IMG/VR virus record: IMGVR_UViG_3300042452_000781
Location: 582-64,581 of that record
DNA: 64,000 bases
DNA from: a virus
Taxonomy: Duplodnaviria; Caudoviricetes
Strand: one strand, 5' to 3'
Positions 41,985 to 49,797 of this stretch are shown piece by piece; within the stretch, counting starts at the first letter, position 1, and each line of letters starts with the position of its first letter. The notes beneath the pieces were generated by a model. That model searched no databases and was not told where the DNA came from. It saw only the letters and a list, made by a program, of their open reading frames with translations. The translations under genes were made by a program, and so were the position numbers.

Positions 41985-42260
41985 ATGCCTATTGATACCG
42001 CCGAGTTAAAGAGACTCATTGCCAAGAAGTCTGCCAAATTGAGCAAACCACCCTCGTATGGAAAGACTAATAGAACGCAGACTGATGAGGCGGAAAAGGA
42101 ATTTAAGAATGAGCGTGATAAGCTGATGAAAGAGTATAAAGAAATCATTGCAGACATTTTATTCAATGAAGGATTGGTTGATTCTCAAGAATCCTTGAAA
42201 GTAATTCTTGGTGTTATGAGTGAGAGTTTTATTGAAAAAGTAGCTAGAAATTCCAAATGA
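41985..42260 (+). CDS. putative internal head protein family paralog
   Basis: C-terminal ILFNEGLVDS.ES...ILGVMSE domain shared with 40067 and 43599; ATAAATA at 41954-41960. Confidence 0.65.
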   Translation: MPIDTAELKRLIAKKSAKLSKPPSYGKTNRTQTDEAEKEFKNERDKLMKEYKEIIADILFNEGLVDSQESLKVILGVMSESFIEKVARNSK

Positions 42261-42895
42261 AAACTTTTGACCAGTTTATAAACGAGGCTAAGCACGGCCC
42301 CCGTAGCTCAAAGGAACGAAGACAGCAAAGAGGCGAGAATTTATCAAAAATTCTAAAACGGAGAATGGGAACTAGAGCCAAAATTCGTGGTGGAAGCGAT
42401 GAACATATTCACACCACTTCAGATCCTGATGATGTTTCAATAGAAATTAGAAAATATAAAAATCCAGCACATTATGCTGCAGGTGAAACCCCAAAGGTCA
42501 ATACTATTAATGGAAAAAATGTAGTCGTTAAAAACTCAGAAAGAGCGTTTAAGGCAAATCAGCTAAGAAAACAAATAACCAAAAATCGTAGAAACCCGAA
42601 AGGAACCGTATTCACTACTGATATTGTCCCAAATTTAGAAAGAGGACATGGTGATTTTGAGAACATTAAAAAGAGAACTCAAAATCTTAAAAAGGCTGTT
42701 GGAAATGTTCCAAGAGAAATTAAAAAAGCCGGAGGAAAGTCTGGTGATGTTGTTATTGGAAAACCCGGTCAAACTCAAAGTGGCGGTCCAGAAAAAGCCG
42801 GAAGAAATTCCAGGGCTAAGTTATATAAAAAGCTACTTCCTAATGCCAGTAAAATGAACCCCGTTACAAATCGTATGATGGGTAAAGTAGAATGA
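42257..42895 (+). CDS. basic protein with a T4 internal-protein-like capsid-targeting leader
   Basis: Starts MKTFDQFINEA; very K/R-rich. Confidence 0.7.
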   Translation: MKTFDQFINEAKHGPRSSKERRQQRGENLSKILKRRMGTRAKIRGGSDEHIHTTSDPDDVSIEIRKYKNPAHYAAGETPKVNTINGKNVVVKNSERAFKANQLRKQITKNRRNPKGTVFTTDIVPNLERGHGDFENIKKRTQNLKKAVGNVPREIKKAGGKSGDVVIGKPGQTQSGGPEKAGRNSRAKLYKKLLPNASKMNPVTNRMMGKVE

Positions 42896-43275
42896 AGACA
42901 TTTGAAGAATTTCTGAATGAGGCAAATCAACCAAAATCCGATGCCCTAAAAACTATCAGTAAAAACTGGGAAAGAAGACCAAATTATAAGGGAGTCAACG
43001 TATATGCAACTCAAAATAAAGACCACATAAGAGTTCACGACTTATTTGTGCCGTCTCATTTGAGGGGCAAAGGTGTTGGTGGTAGAGTTATGAAAGGAGT
43101 TACAAGATTAGCAGATAAACAGGGCTCCAAAGTATCTTTAAATCAGGCCCCGGCTCCAGGTTATAAGAAAAAGTTAGACACATTTTATAAGAATTTTGGT
43201 TTTAAGTCTAATAAAGGAAGAAATAAAGACTTTACAACAAGAGATACACATATCAGGCAACCAAAAGATAAATAA
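42892..43275 (+). CDS. GNAT-family acetyltransferase with a capsid-targeting-like leader
   Basis: MKTFEEFLNEA leader; motif A LFVPSHLRGKGVG and motif B FYKNFGF. Confidence 0.8.
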   Translation: MKTFEEFLNEANQPKSDALKTISKNWERRPNYKGVNVYATQNKDHIRVHDLFVPSHLRGKGVGGRVMKGVTRLADKQGSKVSLNQAPAPGYKKKLDTFYKNFGFKSNKGRNKDFTTRDTHIRQPKDK

Positions 43276-43285
43276 AATAAAAAAG

Positions 43286-43570
43286 ATGCAACCAAACAAG
43301 ACATTTGAAGAATTTCTTTCTGAGGCCATTGCAGCCACTAGAGCTACAACTAGAGGCAGAAAAATTCCAGGCGCGGCTCAGAAAATAACTGCCCAAAATG
43401 ACCGCAGAGAAGAAGCCCGAGCACGCCAACGTGAAAGAGAGGCTCAAAGGCAGAGAGACATTGAATATGCTCAAGAGCGAAGAGCGAATCCAGAGCTTAT
43501 TAAAAAAGAAGCAAGAAAAAGAACCCTTCCCAGTAGAATGGAAAGAGCCGCACAAAAGTTGGGTTTATGA
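43286..43570 (+). CDS. basic coiled-coil protein with a KTFEEFLSEA leader
   Basis: Probable start ATG 43286 (MQPNKTFEEFLSEA), preceded by ATAAATA at 43268-43274. Confidence 0.65.
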   Translation: MQPNKTFEEFLSEAIAATRATTRGRKIPGAAQKITAQNDRREEARARQREREAQRQRDIEYAQERRANPELIKKEARKRTLPSRMERAAQKLGL

Positions 43571-43598
43571 TAAATAGACTTAATAAGTAATTTGTGAA

Positions 43599-43997
43599 AT
43601 GGACATTAGAGAACTTTCTAATTTGTATGATTCTTATGTGGCCATTTACGAGATGAAGTCCACTCGTATTTCAAAGAGTAGAGAAGCTTATATTAATCCC
43701 GATCAAAGTAAAGACTGGAAGCATAATAAAGAATTAAATTGGGGCGAAACTCATCCTAAAGTACCTTCACATAAAGAAGCAATGGTCAAAAGACTAAAAT
43801 TTGCCATTGGCACTCAAAGGCGTCAAGATAAAGAAACTGGTATGCGTGAACACGTCTTAGATTATCTTGTAAATGAAGGCTACGTTGATTCTTATGAGTC
43901 GGCTGAATGTGTTTTAGAGGCTATGAGTGATGAATGGTTGGAGAGTATCGTTGAGGCGAAGAAAGCTAAAATTATGGTTGACGTTAATAACCCATAA
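43599..43997 (+). CDS. putative internal head protein family paralog
   Basis: LYDSY.AIYE N-terminus and VLDYLVNEGY...AMSDEWLESIVE domain; late promoter upstream. Confidence 0.7.
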   Translation: MDIRELSNLYDSYVAIYEMKSTRISKSREAYINPDQSKDWKHNKELNWGETHPKVPSHKEAMVKRLKFAIGTQRRQDKETGMREHVLDYLVNEGYVDSYESAECVLEAMSDEWLESIVEAKKAKIMVDVNNP

Positions 43998-44009
43998 GTG
44001 AAATTTTTA

Positions 44010-44036
44010 GGGGTTCTCTTAATAAAAGAGAACCCC
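44010..44036. terminator. hairpin terminator between convergent genes
   Basis: ggggttctctt-aataa-aagagaacccc inverted repeat. Confidence 0.65.
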
Positions 44037-44106
44037 TTGTCAGGTTAACAGTGATAGTATGAATATACCGAAGAGTTCAAAGAATAGGAGGAGTTGGAGC
44101 ATTTTG

Positions 44107-44907
44107 TTAATTGAGAGAATTTAAAACTTTTTTCTTTCTTCCGCCCACTCCAGGACACTTTTTGCCTTTATTGGGCGGAACCTTACTTTTCATAGGATTT
44201 CTGTCCCCTTGCTTTGAGAAACGCCTGCAGCAAGTTTGTCCCATTTTTAATCCAGTAACTAGAACTTCTCTTTCTCCACCGCAATCACAATACACTTTAA
44301 CTTTAGACCATTTTGTTATTCTGGATGGAATGTAAACTACAGACAATCCTCTTCTTTGACATTCTTGTGCAATGTGTTCTCTCCAATACTTATCGCCATA
44401 AGATGTAGTTCTATTTTCTCGCAAAATTACTTTTGCTTGTTTTAATAATACCATAATTGAACCTTTTGATAGCCCAATCTTGTTTGCAATTTTGGTAATT
44501 GAAAGTTTTTCATTCTCATAAAGATACTTTGCATAATCTCTATGTTGTTGATTTATACTTATTCCTCTGTTCCAACCACCTTCCACATAATCATTATTTG
44601 TTTTGTTAATGCAAAGTGGATTGTTTTTTAAATTGTAAGTTTGAAGAACAATGGTCTCATAATCAACAGCATCTTTATCTGTTTCAAAAAATGCTATAGG
44701 ATACAAAGTTCTTTTTAAGAGATTCCAATTACTATCAGAAGAACTTCCAAGATAACCATCGTTTAAATTATGAGTTGAATGCTTCCCGAAATAAAAGTAG
44801 TTCGGATTTTCTTCTGAAACTACAACGTAAACAAAATGAAATTCACCAGTAGATTTACTTCTTACACTTTCTACCAGTAAATTTGAATACAATAAGTCCT
44901 TGTCCAT
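44107..44907 (-). CDS. free-standing GIY-YIG (Seg-like) homing endonuclease
   Basis: FVYVV...YFYFGKHST...DGYLGSS catalytic region with downstream E and N, followed by an HTH, Cys pairs and a NUMOD-like G..NPM..K..PNKGK tail. Confidence 0.75.
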   Translation of the reverse strand: MDKDLLYSNLLVESVRSKSTGEFHFVYVVVSEENPNYFYFGKHSTHNLNDGYLGSSSDSNWNLLKRTLYPIAFFETDKDAVDYETIVLQTYNLKNNPLCINKTNNDYVEGGWNRGISINQQHRDYAKYLYENEKLSITKIANKIGLSKGSIMVLLKQAKVILRENRTTSYGDKYWREHIAQECQRRGLSVVYIPSRITKWSKVKVYCDCGGEREVLVTGLKMGQTCCRRFSKQGDRNPMKSKVPPNKGKKCPGVGGRKKKVLNSLN

Positions 44908-44949
44908 ACGGGTTCATAGTTTTAACGGCATTGCTATTTAGTGCGTATT

Positions 44950-44974
44950 AAAAAGGGAGAACCGAAGTTCTCCC
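44950..44974 (-). terminator. psbA intrinsic terminator
   Basis: Minus strand GGGAGAAC-TTCG-GTTCTCCC-TTTTT. Confidence 0.9.
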
Positions 44975-45012
44975 AATTTTGCCGATATGGTTCTATGAAC
45001 CGTAACTATTTA

Positions 45013-47516
45013 TCAACCAATAGTTGGGGCTTTTAGAGCAATTTCTTGAGTAGAAACTGCAGCCAAATCTACACTTGGCCCATAAGTTTACCATTCTTAT
45101 GGAGTGGACTATATCATCACCATTGAAGGTGTCGGACGCTTATTCCTGTTATTAAGGGGACTAAACCCCTCAGGTAGTCTCTGAAGTTTCCTCAAGTGTA
45201 CTTGAGGCTTACCTGCTGATTGCCCAGTGTTTTGGAGGGTTTCCAGCAATTCATCCGATGTTTCATCTATCAATTACTTGATAGAGCCACTAGATTTTCT
45301 AATGGGAAGTTGTGGGCGTTTCTCTCATGTCGTTTGTTATCGTAAGAACTCTTTATTTCTTACTTCTTACTATCACTAGTAAGTCCAGACTATCTCTTCA
45401 TCCGTTCTGGATGCTGGGCATTCGTGGGTAGATTATTGTTGGAACTCACTACCTAGTCGTTAGACCTGCCGAAGAACCTATGTCCTCTTCGGATTGGTAC
45501 GGGATTGTCTACTTGAGAGTTTCCCCGTTTAACCCAGTTTCGTCAAGGAATATTCCTATTCCAGGGTGACTACATTTAAGAAATCACTTCCATTCCAAGC
45601 CCAGCTTTGTTCAATACGTCCGACCAGGTATTAATTACCCGACCTTGACTATCTTGGATAGATTGATTGAAATTAAATCCGTTCAGGTTGAATGCCATAG
45701 TGCTAACACCAAGAGCAGTAAACCAGATGCCCACAACAGGCCATGCGGCGAGGAAGAAGTGCAGCGAACGGGAGTTATTAAAGGACGCATATTGGAAAAT
45801 AAGACGACCGAAATACCCGTGAGCGGCAACAATTGAATAAGTTTCTTCCTCTTGGCCAAACTTATACCCATAATTTTGAGATTCATTTTCGGTTGTTTCA
45901 CGAACAAGGCTGCTAGTGACTAACGAGCCATGCATCGCTGAGAAAAGACTTCCTCCGAATACTCCCGCCACACCCAACATGTGAAAAGGATGTTGAAGGA
46001 TATTGTGTTCTGCCTGGAATACCAACCATTAGGCAGAACGGGGACCTATGTTTTCATAGGGATTGGACTATCTCATAATTAATAGAAATTTCTATTAATC
46101 TCGGGCGCTGATTCTGGTTATTAAGAGGGCTATACCTCTCCAGTAGTCTCTACACTTTACATGAGTGTACTCAAGTCTTAGCACGGTATTGGCATATCTA
46201 TAAGACTTAGCTTTCACCGTTTTCACCCGATTTATACTACACATTGGTTTAGTTTATGTAGTTAAAGGTTCCTGAAATGCCAAGGGGCATCGCATCTGAA
46301 AAAGAACCTTGACCGAAGGGATAGATTAGGAATACGGCAGTAGCAGCAGCAACGGGTGCGCTGTAAGCAACCATAATCCAAGGACGCATTCCGAGACGAT
46401 AAGAAAGTTCCCATTCACGGCCCATGTAGCAGTAAATACCAATCAGGAAGTGAAATATGATGAGTTGAAATGGACCCCCATTATAGAGCCATTCATCAAG
46501 ACTTGCAGCTTCCCAAATTGGATAAAAATGCAGCCCAATAGCATTAGAAGAAGGAACAACAGCACCAGAGATAATGTTGTTACCATACATTAGTGAACCA
46601 GCAACTGGTTCACGAATCCCGTCGCTTACATCTAACAAACAACCATATCAATAGACTTAGGTTGTTTCTGTTGGCGAATTCGATTTGCTCTTTTTGCGTT
46701 TTCAACTCTTCCACCGTTTTCTACCCACTCTTTCCAAGTTTGTAGATGAGAAATACATTCGGTTATTCTTTCCCCCCGTCTTACTCCCATATAAGGGAGT
46801 ATTTTTTGTAGAATGAATAAGACCTTTTCTTTTTCTCCGATGTGAAGGGTATAAACTTGTTTCCCTGTTACCGTTTTTCTTGATGGAGAAAAGTAAGATT
46901 TATCTAAAAGTTTGCTCAACCTTTGGATAATATCTTCATCAACCATAGAAATTTTGATAAAGGGTGCTGGTGGTGTTTTAGAAATTTCATAGCGGTCTTT
47001 GGAACGATCATCTATTCCAAAGTATCCTTCACCTTCTAATAAACCAGCAATCCAAGCAATATCAGTTTCAGTTAAATTTAACATTTTGGTTTGCGTCTTC
47101 TGTATTATTTATACAGCATTAGCAACAAAAAGTCAACAGTAGATGTGTGGACTATATCTTCACCCTTTATAGAAGGGGCTGGGCACTTAAACCTGTTATT
47201 AAGGGGACTAAACCCCTCAGGTAGTCTCTGAACCTTCCCCAAGTGTACTTGAGGCTTGGCTGCTGATTGCCTTTCGGTTTCCAGCAATTCACCCAGTTTC
47301 GTCAATACTCTTACGAGTAAGGGACACCGATTAGTTAATGTCTACAGGAGGTGCGCCAATAAAAGCGATAATAAAAACTGAAGTAGCAGCAAGAAGGCAA
47401 GGAATCATAAGAACTCCAAACCATCCCACATATAAACGATTGTTCGTTGAAGTAACCCAGGAACAAAATTGCTCCCAGAGATTACCCCCCGAGCGTGTAG
47501 CAATTGAAGCGGTCAT
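45013..47516 (-). CDS. psbA: photosystem II D1 protein, five exons: 47516-47338, 46624-46256, 46026-45583, 45330-45302, 45071-45013 (359 aa spliced)
   Basis: The exons join in frame (179+369+444+29+59 = 1080 nt) to give a full D1 with standard numbering (D61, Y161, H190, H198, H332, E333, D342, A344). Confidence 0.97.
45072..45301 (-). mobile_element. group I intron 4 of psbA (after nt 1021), ORF-less, 230 nt
   Basis: P1 CCAU/GUGG; P10 AAAUCUA/UAGAUUU; CAGAGACUA and GAUAUAGUCC core; terminal G. Confidence 0.92.
45331..45582 (-). mobile_element. group I intron 3 of psbA (after nt 992), ORF-less, 252 nt
   Basis: P1 GUGAU/GUCAC; P10 AUGU/ACAU; AACGACUA and GAUAGUCU core; terminal G. Confidence 0.9.
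46027..46255 (-). mobile_element. group I intron 2 of psbA (after nt 548), ORF-less, 229 nt
   Basis: P1 CUACAU/GUGUAG; P10 ACCAAU/GUUGGU; AGAGACUA and GAUAGUCC core; terminal G. Confidence 0.92.
46625..47337 (-). mobile_element. group I intron 1 of psbA (after nt 179), contains a LAGLIDADG ORF
   Basis: 5' exon ends in U; P1 GACAU/GUGUC; P7 elements CAGAGACUA and GAUAUAGUCC; terminal G at 46625. Confidence 0.93.
46632..47084 (-). CDS. intron-encoded single-motif LAGLIDADG homing endonuclease
   Basis: [12 protein letters not shown] motif; lies 3' of the intron core; TATAAATA late promoter at 47106-47113. Confidence 0.88.
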   Translation of the reverse strand: MLNLTETDIAWIAGLLEGEGYFGIDDRSKDRYEISKTPPAPFIKISMVDEDIIQRLSKLLDKSYFSPSRKTVTGKQVYTLHIGEKEKVLFILQKILPYMGVRRGERITECISHLQTWKEWVENGGRVENAKRANRIRQQKQPKSIDMVVC

Positions 47517-47529
47517 ATTTGAAAAAAAG

Positions 47530-47630
47530 GTAACAAATATTCGCGGGGACGAATGTGATTATTATTTCTTCTCTCCCCCAGAGAAGATATGAGAGACGTA
47601 TTTGATGTGCAAAGTCTCGGTAAGCACGGG
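47530..47630 (-). ncRNA. structured psbA 5' leader, PhotoRC-II-like motif
   Basis: Minus strand GTGC..CCGAGAC..GCAC...GTCTC (pseudoknot pairing), then the hairpin TCTTCTCT-GGGGG-AGAGAAGA whose loop can pair with a downstream CCCC; resembles cyanophage psbA leaders as I recall them. Confidence 0.7.
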
Positions 47631-47664
47631 AGCAAGTTAGGAATCCCTGACCTGCTTGTGTATG

Positions 47665-47721
47665 TATGGTAACACTTTTTGTGGATTAGTCAAGGGGTGT
47701 TGTGTCAGTTGAGGGAGTGAC
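47665..47721 (-). promoter_or_regulatory. sigma70-like psbA promoter with an upstream GTCAGTT-N4-GAGTGAC palindrome
   Basis: -35 TTGACT at 47693-47688, candidate -10 TACCAT, palindrome at 47704-47721. Confidence 0.55.
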
Positions 47722-47819
47722 CTCTTAGTTTAGTTTTGAATAATCAACTACCATATTCCATAAGGAGTATTGCCAGAGAACAGTCCGGGTCAATTCGGCT
47801 TCCGTGAAAACTATTATCC

Positions 47820-48056
47820 CTAGATGTCTGGTCTGTTGAAGTTTGGCCGATGTATATACAAGGTAAATACAAGTCCTAGCCAGCCAAATAATACACTTGT
47901 GACGGAGAGAAAACTTACTGGGGCATGGACTCCAAGTGCTATCGCCAAGCAAGAAACTGTGCATTGTATTGAATAGACTGCTGCCTGCATTAAGGTTGGT
48001 GTGTTATCACGGTAGTTTCGAATTACCAGATTACAGCTACGAAAAAACTTGCACAT
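47820..48056 (-). CDS. small hypothetical membrane protein
   Basis: Start overlaps the upstream stop (TAATG); hydrophobic C-terminal half. Confidence 0.4.
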   Translation of the reverse strand: MCKFFRSCNLVIRNYRDNTPTLMQAAVYSIQCTVSCLAIALGVHAPVSFLSVTSVLFGWLGLVFTLYIHRPNFNRPDI

Positions 48057-48235
48057 TAGGGTTTCGGTACGAACACAAATCCCTTTCCTTCGCGATCTGC
48101 GGCTACCATCAGCTCAAGGGTATCAATTGCGGCTCTAATTACCTCCTCTTTCGGTACTTTCATGCTTGCTGATAGCTCTTCTAAGCGATCAACAAAATCT
48201 CTACTGGCATTAAATTGAATCCGTTTTATTGTCAT
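48056..48235 (-). CDS. ribbon-helix-helix (CopG/Arc-like) DNA-binding protein
   Basis: Manual 59-aa ORF MTIKRIQFNASRDFVDRLEELSASMKVPKEEVIRAAIDTLELMVAADREGKGFVFVPKP; beta-alpha-alpha pattern; overlaps both neighbours. Confidence 0.7.
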   Translation of the reverse strand: MTIKRIQFNASRDFVDRLEELSASMKVPKEEVIRAAIDTLELMVAADREGKGFVFVPKP

Positions 48236-48534
48236 AGCTTAAACATATCGGGAAACTCTTCTGGCTTCAACTCTACTACATTGCAACGGGAAACATCTTC
48301 ATGTTCACCTAAACCAAACTCCTCATAAAGAAAGTCGGCTATGTGCTCCGTAAAATAATCACGGAAAGCATTGGGCGTACTTAATTCATTACAATCGTCA
48401 ATAGCTATATTAAACCCAACATAAAAAGTAACCTTATAACATCTCATATCTTTACGAGATGCCATATGGATTTCAATGTCTGTTTGAAGTTGTTGCAGCT
48501 CCGCAAAAGAGAGTTTATTTAAATCAATTTTCAT
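48232..48534 (-). CDS. hypothetical protein
   Basis: 100 aa ORF co-oriented in the cluster. Confidence 0.7.
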   Translation of the reverse strand: MKIDLNKLSFAELQQLQTDIEIHMASRKDMRCYKVTFYVGFNIAIDDCNELSTPNAFRDYFTEHIADFLYEEFGLGEHEDVSRCNVVELKPEEFPDMFKL

Positions 48535-48566
48535 CGTGAGTGGTCTCAGTATAATTTGGTTCTATA

Positions 48567-48698
48567 TTAAATAATTCTCTTAAATGCTTCACCGAGACTA
48601 TGTTCTGCACCCTCGTAAACATCCATGCCGGCTGGGCCAACATCCAATGACCATACATACTGGTCATTTTCGGGTCTGTACCATATTTCAATGTTCAT
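48567..48698 (-). CDS. small hypothetical protein, possibly truncated paralog of 49046-49228
   Basis: MNIEIWYRPENDQYVWSLDVGPAGMDVYEGAEHSLGEAFKRII*; TAA aligns with TAC in the paralog. Confidence 0.5.
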   Translation of the reverse strand: MNIEIWYRPENDQYVWSLDVGPAGMDVYEGAEHSLGEAFKRII

Positions 48699-48699
48699 T

Positions 48700-48876
48700 T
48701 CATTCTCCTTTAATATTTTCAGAATAAACTTTGGCTGCGGTCTTGGCTATTTCAAAGTATTCATTGAATAAAGTTTCCTGATCTTCGGAATTCCATTCAC
48801 GAACAACACGATAAGAAACCTGCTCCGCTATAAGTTTGATATAAATCCGTGCCAAAACATCTAAATTAATATTCAT
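48700..48876 (-). CDS. hypothetical protein
   Basis: ORF track 48700-48888; ATG at 48876 has a GGAG RBS. Confidence 0.55.
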   Translation of the reverse strand: MNINLDVLARIYIKLIAEQVSYRVVREWNSEDQETLFNEYFEIAKTAAKVYSENIKGE

Positions 48877-49045
48877 TTCAGTCTCCAAAACAAGGGTCTG
48901 ACGGGTTCCACTGATAGCACCAATTCAATTTAGAATTAACTGCTTCAGGCTTTCCCTGTAAATGGCATTTTGTTATCTTTCTTACTGTAATAAGAATGGG
49001 GGGGGTCTGGTTCTCGAATAAAGGCAGTTGTGACATCTTTGTGGT

Positions 49046-49228
49046 TCATTCATCGTTAGGTGCCTCCCTATAACTCCTTCCAATTAGTGTCCTATTGTAA
49101 ATAATTCTCTCAAATGCCTCGCCAAGACTATTCGCCTGTCCGCAATACTCATCAATACCATCAGGTCCATCATACAATACTCATTCATAAGAAACGGTTT
49201 CGGGTCTGTACTCAATTTTAATGTTCAT
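49046..49228 (-). pseudogene. paralog of 48567-48698 with an in-frame TGA
   Basis: MNIKIEYRPETVSYE*VLYDGPDGIDEYCGQANSLGEAFERIIY...; TGA at 49181-49183 aligns with TGG (Trp) in the paralog. Confidence 0.6.
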
Positions 49229-49457
49229 TTAATTCCGGCCATGTATGGCCCAAAAGGTCAATTGAAAACCCGACTTTCCAAAAATAACAGAAGAAGCTGA
49301 GAAGCTGATTTCCACCCATGCTTATCTGCCAATAGGGCCAGAGCGCGGGTTTAGTTTCATAATCAAAAGAAATTTGAATTAGTGTTCCCCAAGAAGTATG
49401 CAAAAATCCGAAAGAGTAATCGTCGGCCTTATTAAAGGTGAATAGTTTAATCATCAA
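49218..49457 (-). CDS. hypothetical protein
   Basis: Aromatic-rich 79 aa ORF overlapping its neighbours. Confidence 0.6.
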   Translation of the reverse strand: MMIKLFTFNKADDYSFGFLHTSWGTLIQISFDYETKPALWPYWQISMGGNQLLSFFCYFWKVGFSIDLLGHTWPELNEH

Positions 49458-49797
49458 TCAAATTCTCAAGATCATCAAAGAAATTTTCATCCAATGGAAC
49501 ACAGTCATCCAGATTAATGTTTGCGGTCATTTCCATCAAATCCTCTAAAAATTCTTTAGGATAGGTATCATCTTCATTCAAATCATACCAGAATGTTAAA
49601 TAGCATTCTTCAAAGGGGTTATCCTCATCTTGAAGAGCATAATTCTTTTGATTTTCAGGAAACCATACAAGGTCCATCCAGGTATGAAAATTGTTATAAA
49701 TGGATGTCCATCCTGTCATCCAACAGTGTTCAATCCAATAATTCCACCAATTTAACTTGGTCTTGTCTGTTGCTAAAATAGGTCTTGAAACTGTCAT
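49447..49797 (-). CDS. conserved cyanophage hypothetical protein
   Basis: W-rich N-terminus (LNWWNYWI.HCWMTGW) and DDTYPKEFLE.L motif. Confidence 0.75.
   Translation of the reverse strand: MTVSRPILATDKTKLNWWNYWIEHCWMTGWTSIYNNFHTWMDLVWFPENQKNYALQDEDNPFEECYLTFWYDLNEDDTYPKEFLEDLMEMTANINLDDCVPLDENFFDDLENLIDD

Noticed and set aside
45576-47516. psbA fragments as a pseudogene or assembly frameshifts
   Set aside because: All four gaps have group I intron hallmarks, and the exons rejoin exactly in frame.
49181-49183. Stop-codon reassignment (TGA = Trp)
   Set aside because: It is a single case; TGA terminates psbA, gp18 and other intact genes, and the long genes show no internal stops.
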